Shown piece after piece: positions 14,109-25,967 of a stretch of DNA of 64,000 nucleotides. Source of the DNA: Bigelowiella natans CCMP2755 (lineage: Eukaryota; Protista; Cercozoa); assembly GCA_000320545.1 (NCBI GenBank), contig ADNK01001529.1:36807-100806 (forward strand). Direction: 5' to 3'. A program made the position numbers and the translations under genes. Every line of letters starts with the position of its first letter. Position 1 is the stretch's first letter. The notes beneath the pieces were generated by a model, which was not told the origin of the DNA, searched no databases, and worked only from the letters and a program-made list of their open reading frames with translations.

Positions 14109-14457
14109 TGTGTGTGTGTGTGTGTATAATATTCTCACATTATTCCATCATTACTGGATCATCCGCATTTCCAGTGATTTATTAGCCTAACCTTTCTATG
14201 CAATCTGGCTTCTTCTTCTTCTTCTTTGCTACCAACAGATTCCTCCGCGACGCTTAGCCACGTTCTTCATCTACCTCAACACAACGCCTCGTGGCCAAGG
14301 GTAGCAGTGCTCGTAATTACGTAAAAATACATACTACAAGTGTCAACGAAAACAGGGTGCGCAAGGGGAAGAATTGAGAACCGGGATAGCGCTCCTATAT
14401 GGCTGCGGGGGAGTCAGTGCGATCGCGCTTGAATCGCAAGCTGCCAGTCTCTTTCTT

Positions 14458-14499
<42 letters not shown>

Positions 14500-15594
14500 T
14501 GTATCCTTGTGAATAATGAACGGTCGGAGATGTACCGAGTTCCCTCTTCTAGATACGGTTGTTTGCCCAAGGCGGGGAAGGGCCTTACTCTTTTCGAATG
14601 TGGAGGCATCGGTGAGCAACATCCACCCGTGTGCGTGTGCGTGTGCGTGTGCGTGTGCGTGTTGATACTCTTCATTTCATTTCCTTTCCTCTATTCGCAA
14701 CCGTTTACACCAGAGCGAACATCGTGTGGGAGGGAAAATATGAGATCCAACACAGATAGCTGTCTGCTTGCACTGCTCTTTCTTGCTCTCGCTCTCCCTC
14801 TCCCCCTCCCTCTCCCTCTTTGTTACTTTCTCTACTACGGTAGGGAGAGGCAGATCCTCTAACCGTTCATAGAGCCAATCCAGTGGGAGCAGGAGTCGTC
14901 AAGTGATAATAACAATACATAGAGCATCAATACTCGAATCGCACTCATACTCACGCCCACGCTCCTCCCATACATTCTTCACTTCGATAGTCATAAGAAA
15001 TAGGTCATCAGCGCTAGCATGCTTTGATGGCACGTACGTGCCGATTTGCTGTGCAGTCATCATCTGAATGTACGTGCAGGTATGGGATGAATATCTGGGT
15101 AATGACCCTCCACGACTTAAGTGCAATTTTTGGCCCCAGGGGGTGAAAGGCTGCCAAAATAAGCAATGCCACACAAGGACAACAACAACAACAACAACAA
15201 CAACAACCTCGATAGAAGCACGCCCATGCATACATACAAAATATAACCGCTGCTCTCGTCATTTTCTTCTTCTCCTTCTTCTTCTTATCATTATTATTAT
15301 TAATGATAATACCAATGTTGTTCGTTTTCCCTTATCTCTTCCTCATCACTGCCATCCATCCAAGGTCAACGAGAAAAGCATGCAGGGCTTTGTTTTCGTC
15401 TCGAGGAAACCACCGAGGCAGCCTGCGGAAAGAGCCAACGCGGGAGCAACAGAGGCAAGGAAGATTAAGAAGAAGAAGAAGAAGAAAAGAGGGAAGATGA
15501 AAGAGGACGCCGATAGATCACCGCGTGGTAGGAAAACAGTGTTTACACGCACGCACGCACGCACACACACACACACACACACACGCTTTTGTAT

Positions 15595-15634
<40 letters not shown>

Positions 15635-16045
15635 TTCCACAGCAATCCCCTCCCACTGAAGCTGCCTTACCCCCCCACATCTTTCTTCTGCTATCATCCG
15701 TATGCAATCTGTAACAACCTCAATCTACCTTGCAGCCAGGCGCTATTTCTTCCGCGTCCCCGCTACTTCGTCTTTCTATGTGAATGCATTTTGGCGACCT
15801 GCTGATGCTGCCACGCTGTTTTTAACATCAGAGGACGACGCGAAGGCACGTAATAGGAAGAAGAGGCATGTGAGCGTAGTTGCGACGATACAGAAGAATC
15901 TTTTCTCAGAGGAGGAGGTTCGTGCTTCCGATATATCATCTTTCTTCGCTTATAGTAGCATAGGAGGAGGAGGAGGAGGAGGAGGAGGAGGAGGAGGAGG
16001 AGGAGGAGACGTATGTGGGAAAACACGTGGGGTGGTTTTCTTCTC

Positions 16046-16093
<48 letters not shown>

Positions 16094-16938
16094 CTCCCCC
16101 TCGCTCTTTCAACCTTCAACTCGTATCATATTATCCTAGATCGACGTAGCTGTTTGCCAAATTTGTGGCTGTGAGGGTAATTGCAGCTTCCCATAGCAGG
16201 CCATTCAAAAATGCCATTAAAAATCAAAAAAAGTGTTCCAGAATCATCTGTTTTCAAGGACAGAGATGAAATCTGTCAAGCTTCGGATAAATAGCGCCTC
16301 TCTTTCTTGCCTTCCTATTTCTCTTTCTGTCTTTTGCCGCACTGTTGCTGATTTGGGGCCGTGACCTAGCCTTCGCGCACGGCACACCCTTCCTTCAGTA
16401 CGACGAGCCAAATACGCACTCGATCTGAAACTGGAGACTCAGGGCTGGTAGCGGTGGGCAACACTAATTACAACAATGCTCGAATAGGTGATACTTCGAG
16501 GCTCCTCCTGTGCGACTGGTGTGATGCCGGTACATCTAGAGAGGGAGAGGGAGAGAGGGAGGGAGAGAGAGAGAGAGGGGGGGGGGGGGGGGGGCATCAG
16601 GATTGAAAGATGGGTGGTCTCAATCGTTTCAGGGGTGTAAATCCCACATCATAGGGCAGCCTATGCTGCCTTACAACCTAGCTCAGATATACCTCGATCA
16701 TGCTGCGAGTGAGAGGGTGCTCCGTAGGCTGTTTTAAGCGTAAATTCTTCGTGCATGACTATCGAGTTCAAGCACGATTTCTGGTCGAATTGTGCCTGCC
16801 TGCCTGCCTGCCTTAGGGTACCACACTGGGTGTTTGAGGCCATCTTTAGACAGGGTTCCTTCCAACGATTGGTCCTATTGTAGCCAGAACACGAGTGAAC
16901 ATTACATATATTATAATTAATATAAATAAATATATACA

Positions 16939-16978
<40 letters not shown>

Positions 16979-17090
16979 TATATTTTATCCCTCGATGTGT
17001 AATGTGTGTCTGCATTTGTGTGTGTGTGTGTGTGTGTCAAGCCAATGTGTCAGTGTGAGCAGACGAATGATCACATTCCTTCAATTCCTT

Positions 17091-17135
<45 letters not shown>

Positions 17136-17833
17136 AATATACCCTTTCATCGTTCATGCAGGTACTGCCCCAAATGCATTGCGCCACGTGAGGGTTTCGA
17201 TGAGATTGCAGCAAAAAGAGGAGCTGGAAAACATAAAGGGAAACATGAAAAAACAGGACCAACAGAGCCAGAGTCGGTGATACGCGGGGAAAATGATAGC
17301 AGCAATCACGAAGGCAGCGACGAAGATACTGGAACCTTGAGTGACGAGGAAAGATGTCAGGTATGGAGGCTCTCTCGGTGAAAATCGTCGGCACATACAA
17401 GCAATACGGCGAGAGAGACGATGCACATGGCAACGACCGCACATGCACACCACAAAAGAACATGTGATTTGTCTCTGTCCGCTTCAGGATCTTGTCGCCG
17501 CAGTTTGCCCGACCGAAAAAATACGTAATTAAAAATCACCTCGCTTTTATTTTTTTCAGATATGCGCTCGCGCGGACTGGGCCGAGGTGATGATGCTCTG
17601 TGACGAGTGCGACAAAGGCTATCACACTCACTGCCTTTACCCGCCACTCTCAGAGATTCCGAAAGGTCGTAAGCGTGTTCTATATTTTAACAAATGTGCT
17701 TGGCTCGCTATCTTGGATTCCTGTGAATATGTTCGGTGGAAAATGTGAAAACTAGCGTTAGCAATTCATCTATTCGATCAAAGGTACTTGGATTGGTCCT
17801 TGCTGTTCATCTGGGTCATCGTCAAAGGCATAG
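12849..17833 (+). CDS. Prolyl-4-hydroxylase-like 2OG-Fe(II) oxygenase fused to two C-terminal PHD fingers (many exons)
   Basis: Exons encode SPNIYIIDNFLS, RTSCFTWL, VEPFQLV, KTHHD (HxD), RRLATFFIYLN, PRRGRALLFSN, VHRANPVGAGVVK and YGMNIW. A K-rich linker follows, then PHD1 ([39 protein letters not shown]) and PHD2 (CQICARADWAEVMMLCDECDKGYHTHCLYPPLSEIPKGTWIGPCC); stop at 17831-17833. Confidence 0.8.
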
Positions 17834-19283
17834 TAGGAAGAGGCTGCCAAGGAAAATCTAAATAGAAAATGACTGACCACTCCTGCGACCAATGGAGGAA
17901 TGCATGTGTGACGTCTATCGCATCACACGCAGCGTTGTGCGCGGCATTGTGTCAATTGACCACATTTATAGTCCACAAGCAATGTAACGTTTGTAATACA
18001 TGTATGAAACGGATGTAACAATGTGATCAAATATTTTCAATGGCCATCTTTGTGTAGATATGCAAAGCAGCGGTTACAGAGCGAGACGGATGTAGAAGGG
18101 ATTAAATCTTTTTAATAGTCATTCTAATATAGTTATGCAAAGCAGCGGCTACATGCCGTCATGCGCACTGCAGCGCCCACGTTGTATTTGCTTGGTTCTG
18201 CAAAGTTCTAGACTTTGAAGAATTGACAAAAATGAGATTTCGAGTCTTGCTAGCTTGCTCATTTATTCGGCTTGTCAAACGTGGCACACATTTAGGTTTT
18301 GGCTGAATTCGCTATGTGCTCAAGCAAAGCTAGAGAGTGCTGACTAGCTGAGTGTCTGTGGTCATTGTGTCGATTTTCAAACATCATTCAAATTGAAAGT
18401 TGAGACCGTTACGTACTAGACACGACACGCGCATGCCACAACTTTGAATGCTAGCTAGCTAGGGGAATGATTGAACCCAGCACTCGCAGCATCGATCTAG
18501 CTAGCTAGGCATGCAATACTGTTAGCTCTAGCTAGAGCTAGACGGGGTAGCGGGGCGGAGGGGCAGGGAGGGGAGGAGGGTTCTCTGTAGGTCTGTCTAG
18601 CTCATAGGAAGGGTCGTTGCAACAGCGCTAGCATGCTGGCTGTCGCACACAACGCGCATGTACGCTAGGGCGTAATAATCGCTCCCACATGGATTTTCAC
18701 AATATTGCATGTCTGTCATTTTTGCATAATTTGCTGCATTGCACAGCTGCATTATTAGGATGACAATAATTGAAAAAAATTAAAAGCATTTGTCATTGCA
18801 TTATAGCATCCGTCGATCTCATGGATTTTTGTTCACGTCCGCGATGCGAGCACACTTCACTAGTTCAAAAAACGTGTCACACGCTAGCACGTACAATTTT
18901 TTGACACAAGGCGCACACAGCGGTACACAAATACTAGAAAGAGCGCGTAAGTGCATTCACATTGAAATGGTGTTGGCGGGATACTACGCTCTAGCGCTTG
19001 CCAGCTAGCAGGTACGATAGTTGCTGCTGCGGCAAAACGTACGCGCGTCATGTGTTCATTAAAAATAAAGCAGAAGTTCAACCCTTTGCTATTTCAGCTA
19101 TTAAAATTAAATGCTCATGTTAAGATCTTCATGATCTAAAGTATGACTGCATTTCTGTTGCATGTTGGCTCTTTGTAGTATTTCGATGCATGATCCCATT
19201 CCGAACCTCGTGCTCCCCATTATAGTTCATAGTCTTTGGATGAAATCACAGCTGCGGAATCATATCGAGATTCAAGAAAGCAT

Positions 19284-20517
19284 TTAAGCAATGACGTCAG
19301 CGGCGTTGAATTCCTCCTCGCTGTCGTCTTCATCATCACTACCAGCTCCCAAAGGGCACCCAGCTTCTTTGAGAACCTTGATGAAGTCCTCTAGTTCATC
19401 GTCATTTGCCCAGTTAAGAGCGGTGTAGTTGAAGCTGTCTTCGATTGTCAAATCGCACTTCTTGTCGAGGAAGAACTTAAGAGAGTCCATTTGCTTCTCC
19501 CTCACAGCTGCCATAGCTGGAGTTCCCATCCCCTTCTGAGGATGCTGGACGTTGAGAAGCCACTCGTTAGCCTTCAATTGCTCTCCGAGAGATTCAACGT
19601 TTCCAGCTTTGGAAGCATCGAAGAAAGCGTTCATAAGCTTCAACTTTGCCTAACAAAAGCAGAGACTAAATTAGAGAGGCAACCCCTCTTTAGGTTTCAT
19701 TCTGAATAAAAATATGGATTACAGCTTCTTCCGCGCGCTTCTTAATTTCGGCTTCCATCTTGGTTTGCATTTCCTTAACTTCATCCTTCATTTTCTTAAG
19801 AATGCTTCCAGCAATCTTGGCGTCAGGCCTAATTGATTGGTTAATTAATACTCGTGTCGCTCATTTTCTCAAAGTGAATCCAAAATCTACTTTTTCTTCT
19901 TGCTGGTGAAGTCACCGAGCAGAGACTTCTTCCAGATAGGAATTTTAACCATATTCATCTTCTTGTCTGGCTTAAGTTGTTTGTACCTGCGATGCAATCG
20001 AAAGGTATATTAGCTTTGACTAATTGTAGGGAAAAGCAAGAGGTAAAACTTACTGGACGTCATCAAGAGTTGGGATTCCAGCATCCTCTGCGAAGTTATT
20101 GATTTCGTCTTGCGAGGCAAGTTCGTCGCTTTTGCTCTTCTTCTTAGGGTGGGTGATGATCATTCCAATGAACTGGTCGATGACCTGGGAAAGTGGAATT
20201 AGTATTACACCTTAAAACCGCGAATAAAAATGAATTCCGGACGATTTCCCATTCCCCCCTCCAGAATAGCAAGATCTTTTGCATAAATATTCATACAGGA
20301 GGTGAGTACCTTTTCAAACTCCTCTTCAGGAGCCTCAACTGGCTCGCCATCTTCGAAGGATGATTCGCCGAAAACCTCTTTCCACGGCCAGGATTTGATC
20401 TACAATCCAGGTTGGTTCAGCACTTTCATCAATAAAATGTCACAGTGCCCTAAAATTCAATTCAGGGATATCGTTTTAACTTTTTCGCGGAGATGGGCTG
20501 ACCTTGAAGGTAGTCAT
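19284..20517 (-). CDS. Ankyrin-repeat protein (multi-exon) with acidic C-terminus
   Basis: ATG at 20517 (MTTFK|IKSWPW...); last exon 19284-19650 has ankyrin motifs GTPAMAAV...LDKKCDLTIEDSFNYTALNWA. Confidence 0.8.
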
Positions 20518-21057
20518 TGTTTCGAATTGGAATCTACGGAGGAGGGGTTTGTGAATTCACGGAGGAGGAAGCAGCTTTAAGACACATCCTAGCCATTTGA
20601 TTCTCTACGTTTTCTTCATTTACATGAAGATTTTCATTAAATGTGGTATGATTATACAAAAAATGGCCTTAATCCTCAAGAAAAGGCTCGAGTAGTTCAT
20701 TGCTGGGCCTCAGCTACGCAATTACGACTGAGAATATGTAAGATCCGCATTGCCGGTTTGCGGACAAAAGACCGATACAAATTGTAGGAGGAAAATCCTA
20801 AAATATCCTTGATCTGTGAGAATTATCTGGAATATCCCATATTCAGTAATCCGGTTCGTTGCGATTTATGACTCTAGAGAAAAATCGGCACGCACAGCTT
20901 CGGACATTGGAAAGCTCTTGAATTTTCCCTTGCGTCAAGGATTCCACGGATGTCGCATAAAATTCGCGAAACTTTCTGTTCTCAGAATTAAAATTTCGGG
21001 TAAGCAATAATTTTTACCTCGAGGAGGACAGCTCCCGGTCGGGACGACGACACAGTA

Positions 21058-22368
21058 ATGGGCAGGTTCCATTATCTTTGTCTTCTTCTCGTAGCGTCGT
21101 CTGAGGCTGCTAGAGTCCTCCAACATAATAGCGCTGATTTGAATTATTCGAAGTCCCTGACGTGCGAGGATCTTGCCAATAATTCCACATATGACCTCTC
21201 ATTTGAAGGTGGATTACCACTTACGCCTTGCTGTCTCACATTGCTGCATTATTCACATGTATATAATCTAATCAAATGATGGGTTCTAGGTTCATGGTCG
21301 TATTTGCGATTGGATCCATTATCATCGCCTTTTTCAATGGGATCCCTGGCTTACATGACGTTCTCAGACACTCATCACACGGACAATTCTACTGCAAACC
21401 CGATGCTTTTCCCATTGCCTATCACTCTAAAGGTAGAGGTGTGGGGGAGGAGAAACGATGGGGAGGAAATGTACGCTTCATAATCAAAACGAATATACCA
21501 CGACTCAAATTCTCAATAATTGAGCTATGAAACTGATACAGGTGGGTAACAATGGGGAGCGAGAAAGCTCAAGCTGCAGAGCGGACAGCTACACATGGCG
21601 GCCCGACTTCACAACCACGATCGGGAGCTGCAGCACCTTCCACGACACCATCAACGTATCGATGAAAGTGGCCTACCAATCAAACTCGACAATATGCGCC
21701 TCCTACCGCCTCCGCTCCGAACATCCCCGGAACATCTCTTTTGAAGGCGTTGTCCCTGAGGATGCTCCCAATCGTCGTGCGTCCATGCGCCTGCTACCAG
21801 AGCGAGCGGGGGCTGGCAACGCTGTCTTAGTAGAAATACACGCAACGAAGCAGTACGAAGGGAACTTCGCGATCGATAGATACTTCCTCCTCCAAACCTC
21901 CTCGGCCAACAGCTTCCTCGAGCACAACGAGGCTGCTGATGACGATTCAGTTCTGTCGTCTCCCCACCCCTCTTCCGACGATCCAACTGGCTACACGCTT
22001 CCTCGATTGCTTCTTCCAGGTGGCGGCGAGAAAGACGTGGAGGTAGAGTTCTGCCTCACCGAACTCGAGCAGCCGCCGGAACCCCCTGTTGGGCCATCCC
22101 CCCAATTCAACGTCTCGGCGTGTACGGAAAGCGTCAACAACTGGCTGTCAGAAGCTAGGCCCCCTCCGGGAATAAGTGGGGATCTGAGCGCGCTACGTCG
22201 CTACTATAGCAGCTGGTTTCAATTTTGGTATAATACCGAACACGATGCCGGCAACTGGGTAATTTGTTTTTATCGCAAGGGAAGTGATGATGATGGTGAT
22301 GATGATGATTATTATGATGATAGTGGTGAGGATAATTATGATGGTTATCACAATGTCAACTACATACG

Positions 22369-22412
<44 letters not shown>

Positions 22413-22844
22413 AATATAGATCTATCCGGCTATTACACCTTCCATGTCAAGATATGGGAGAGGCGTGTGGCTCTGGGACACTGCCTTTCACATCTTTGCG
22501 CTACTTTCCGGCGGGACTGGGCCAAGAACGTGAGATTGAAGTGGGAGAGGGGAGTCATAACGACGTCCCCGCCACAATCAGCCCTATCATCATCATTGTC
22601 ATCATCATTGTCATCATCATTGTCATCATCATTGTCATCATCATTGTCATCATCATTATTCTCGCCATTGCTATAAAACATCTCGATCTCATCCAGCCCA
22701 TATCTCATAAGCACATCCCTATCTTCATCACCCTGTCCTCCTCTCTCAGAGTACGCAAGGCCCGGGAACAGCTGGAGATATTATTAGGCGTGGCGAGAGA
22801 CGTTGGACACATCCCACGGTTGGTGTGCTATTCCCGAACTAAAT

Positions 22845-22900
<56 letters not shown>

Positions 22901-24436
22901 CACCGTTTCTGTGCGCCACGTTGCTATTTCTGTTTTCTGCTGATCCTCGCGTTTCCTTCAAGATTCGCTCCAGCATCATTCCGATGAGTATTTTCGGGTT
23001 TTGAGACTTATTGCTATTATGCGGTAGCGCAGTCTGCGTCCGTCCTTGACCTGTGAGCGTTTGGTGCTGCTACCTAGGGTGGTGGGGCCCGAAGCTGTAG
23101 AAGAGACCACTCAGCCGCCGGGTATTCTCACGTGGGCTGCTCTGGCTGTTTACAACGTTACGGGGGACTTAGACTTCCTCAGAGACGCGTACGAAGTACT
23201 GGCGACGAACAACGAGTGGTTCTACGCGAACAGGAGGTAGTATTACTCATCTCGCTCCGCGGTGTGCGGTGTGGGCAGGGTAGGTGGAGAGGGTGGGTTA
23301 CTGTTGGGATGATGTCGGCATCTTCGTGCTGTCGATGATAACAAAGCGATGGGGCGATATGTGACGCGTGTGTACGTGTGTGTGTGTGTGTGTAGTGTGC
23401 GTGTGGTGTGTGTGTAAGTTGTCCCACTCACTGAACTCTCGCCCTCCTGCACTTGTTTTGGTGTTCTTCCTTACTTCTCCTTTTTCTTCTTCTTGTTGTT
23501 GTTGATGTTGCTCTCTTTTAATTCCCCTTCGCTCCTTCGTTCTCGTTGATCAGCACGAGGAGCGGACTATGCGAATGGGAAGGTCAGGATAGCGGCTGGG
23601 ACACGTCGCCTCGTTGGGATGGCGGCAGCGTGGAGGCAATCGATCTGAATTCATGGCTTCATCTCGACCAGGTAAGGTGTTGCTACGTCTGTGTGCCAGA
23701 CTGTCTGGTCCCCCCCGCCGGAGACAACTTCCAAAAAAAGGAAAGACAGAAAGAAGGGGTGGCGGGTGGGGGAGGAATGGCACAGTCCTAATCACACTGC
23801 TTTCTCGTAAAACAGCTATTCTTGGCCGCCATGGCTGAGGCCATCGGACTCCCCCCTACCGAAATAACAAAATGGAAGCTAGCAGCGTCCAGGAGCCGCG
23901 AGGCCATCCAGGCACGTCTCTGGGACGACGATGCTGGGGTCTTCTGGGACCGGCGCCCTTCGCCTGACAACCGGTTTGTGAGCGTGGTGACACCGGCCAC
24001 ATTCTGGCCGATGCTGGCTGGCATTGCGAATGCGACTCAGTCGCACCGAATTGCGGAGCGAGTCCTCACCAAAACCGCGCTGCTCACCCCGCACCCGCTC
24101 TCCAGCGTAGGCCGCTCAGAGCCTGCCTTTGATCCTGAAGACTACTGGAGGGGGCCCGTGTGGATAAACGTTAACTGGCTTGCTTCGCTAGGTCTCCATT
24201 GCTCTGGTCTCCATAGCGACGCAGAACTGCTGCTCGATGCTGCCGTGGAGCTGGTAGCTAAGTGGCCGTATCCGTGGGAATACTACGACCCCATGACAGG
24301 CGCTGGCCTGGGCGCTCAGAATTTCATGTGGACGGGGGCTGTTAACATCATCATGCTGAGCGACAACCCATTGGTGCAATCGCTATTGTACCGACATATG
24401 GAATGCGATACGATGCACAGCAAGTCGTCGCATTAG
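21058..24436 (+). CDS. Secreted glycoside hydrolase, GH63/MGH1-like (alpha/alpha)6 barrel
   Basis: Signal peptide MGRFHYLCLLLVASSEA; motifs YGRGVWLWDTAFH, TQPP, SGWDTSPRWD, YWRGPVWINVNW and WEYYDPMTGAGLG across exons. Confidence 0.8.
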
Positions 24437-24872
24437 ATAGTGTATGGCTTCTTGCAAGCACGAGAAGACTTCTTGCAGTAGTGGATATGTATAACTTTGA
24501 TCAATGTAGTTTTTGAATCACAGTCGTTGCAGTGTCAGCAGCATTGGCAGCGGCAGCGGTGGCAGAGGTGGTGGCATCCGGAGCAGAAGTTGTTGCATTG
24601 GGAGTGGGAGTTGTGGTGTTGGGAGCAGGAGTTGCAGGAATGACGAGTTTTGGTTTGCAGATGTTTCATCGACCGTTGTCCATGATGATCCAAATCTAGG
24701 TCGTTCCAGCAAACGACAACGGTGCAGCAGAAGCAAGTGAAGAAGGAATGTCGTTGTGCTTTCATTCGCAACCGTAGTTTTTGAAAGATCAAACACTGCA
24801 CTTTCCTTTGATCTGTCTAGCTGTGGCATTCCTTGCTAGCTTGTCGTCACGTGCTGTGCGTGTTGATGCATT

Positions 24873-24976
24873 CTTGATTGTCCACTTTGGAGGCAAAAAT
24901 GGCCACGATCGACGCAAAATGCGATGCTTGAGAGCGCTGCCAAAAGCCAAAGTTGCGATTGCGCGATGCGACATGG
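24873..24976 (-). repeat. Orphan inverted copy (~104 bp) of the transposon right end
   Basis: Reverse complement of 32571-32674 with about 8 mismatches. Confidence 0.85.
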
Positions 24977-25198
24977 TGAGCATTTGCATGCACATCTTTG
25001 ATCGACAGATCTGCACGTTGTGCTCCAGTGATGCTAGTCCAGATCGAGCCACTTGCGATCAATTCCACAGGTCTAGCGAGGTGCACGTTTGTGTCAAACA
25101 CAGCTAGACAGTGATGACAGGTCCACAAAGTCGGCGCGACTTGCACGACAAATTGCAGCGGATTCAGAGCAATGTGCGTTGCGGCCATGCTAGCACAT

Positions 25199-25218
25199 CT
25201 TGGTTGTCCACTTTGGAG
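25199..25218 (+). repeat. Left terminal inverted repeat
   Basis: cttggttgtccactttggag. Confidence 0.85.
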
Positions 25219-25967
25219 ACAAGAACCACGCGCCGCGAGTTGCTGAACCCACGTGTGAAGGCTGCAAACGCGCTTCGTTGCGCAATCGCGATCACGATCG
25301 CCACACGTGCGTCGAAAGCAAATCAAAACTCCCACGCAAACGCGAGCTCAGATTGCAATGTGTGTGAATGTGAAAACCATCTCGTGAAACATGACATGAA
25401 GAATGTGCGAAGTGCAATGACAACGGCGATGTTCTCTTCACAAAGCGGAAACGTGTGCACGCCACATGCGGTCATGCCATGTGTTCCATCTGAGCAAAGT
25501 TGTGCGCATGGCGTCGAGTGCCGAGTGTGATTTGCATCATGTCAGAACAAACAGCATTTGCAGCGTTCTACACTCGACATTGCAAGGCACAAATGATGCC
25601 TTTTCATGCCAATTCAGCCGCGTCAATGATGTGTCACGAATGCACCAGTGCATTCGCAACATTCAGCCGAGAACAGCGACATGCATGCGTCTCATCAATC
25701 TCCAGACAGGCTCACAAGGTCATGAGAGAATGCCACAAAATGAACACGTCTCCATGTGTGTGACTCATCCAATCAATCACAAAAACTGCCATCATCATCA
25801 TCACTGGAAGACAACATGAAAATGTCATCTCCACTGCTGTCATCCATTCCAACATCAGTGTTGGCATGAGGGTCGGCGCACATGGGTTTCGGTGCTTTGT
25901 CCAATCTCCTTGATTTGCGTGTTGGAACCTGATGGAAAAGACAGTTGATGTGTGAAAATGAGCTGAT

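Noticed and set aside
13655-16139. ORFs with HTHT, YIYI, LSLS or VCVC runs here and throughout the window
   Set aside because: Translations of intronic microsatellites, or antisense shadows of real exons.
18059-18153. Short direct repeat atgcaaagcagcgg(t/c)taca occurring twice
   Set aside because: Only two ~19-bp copies with no associated structure; not enough to call an element.
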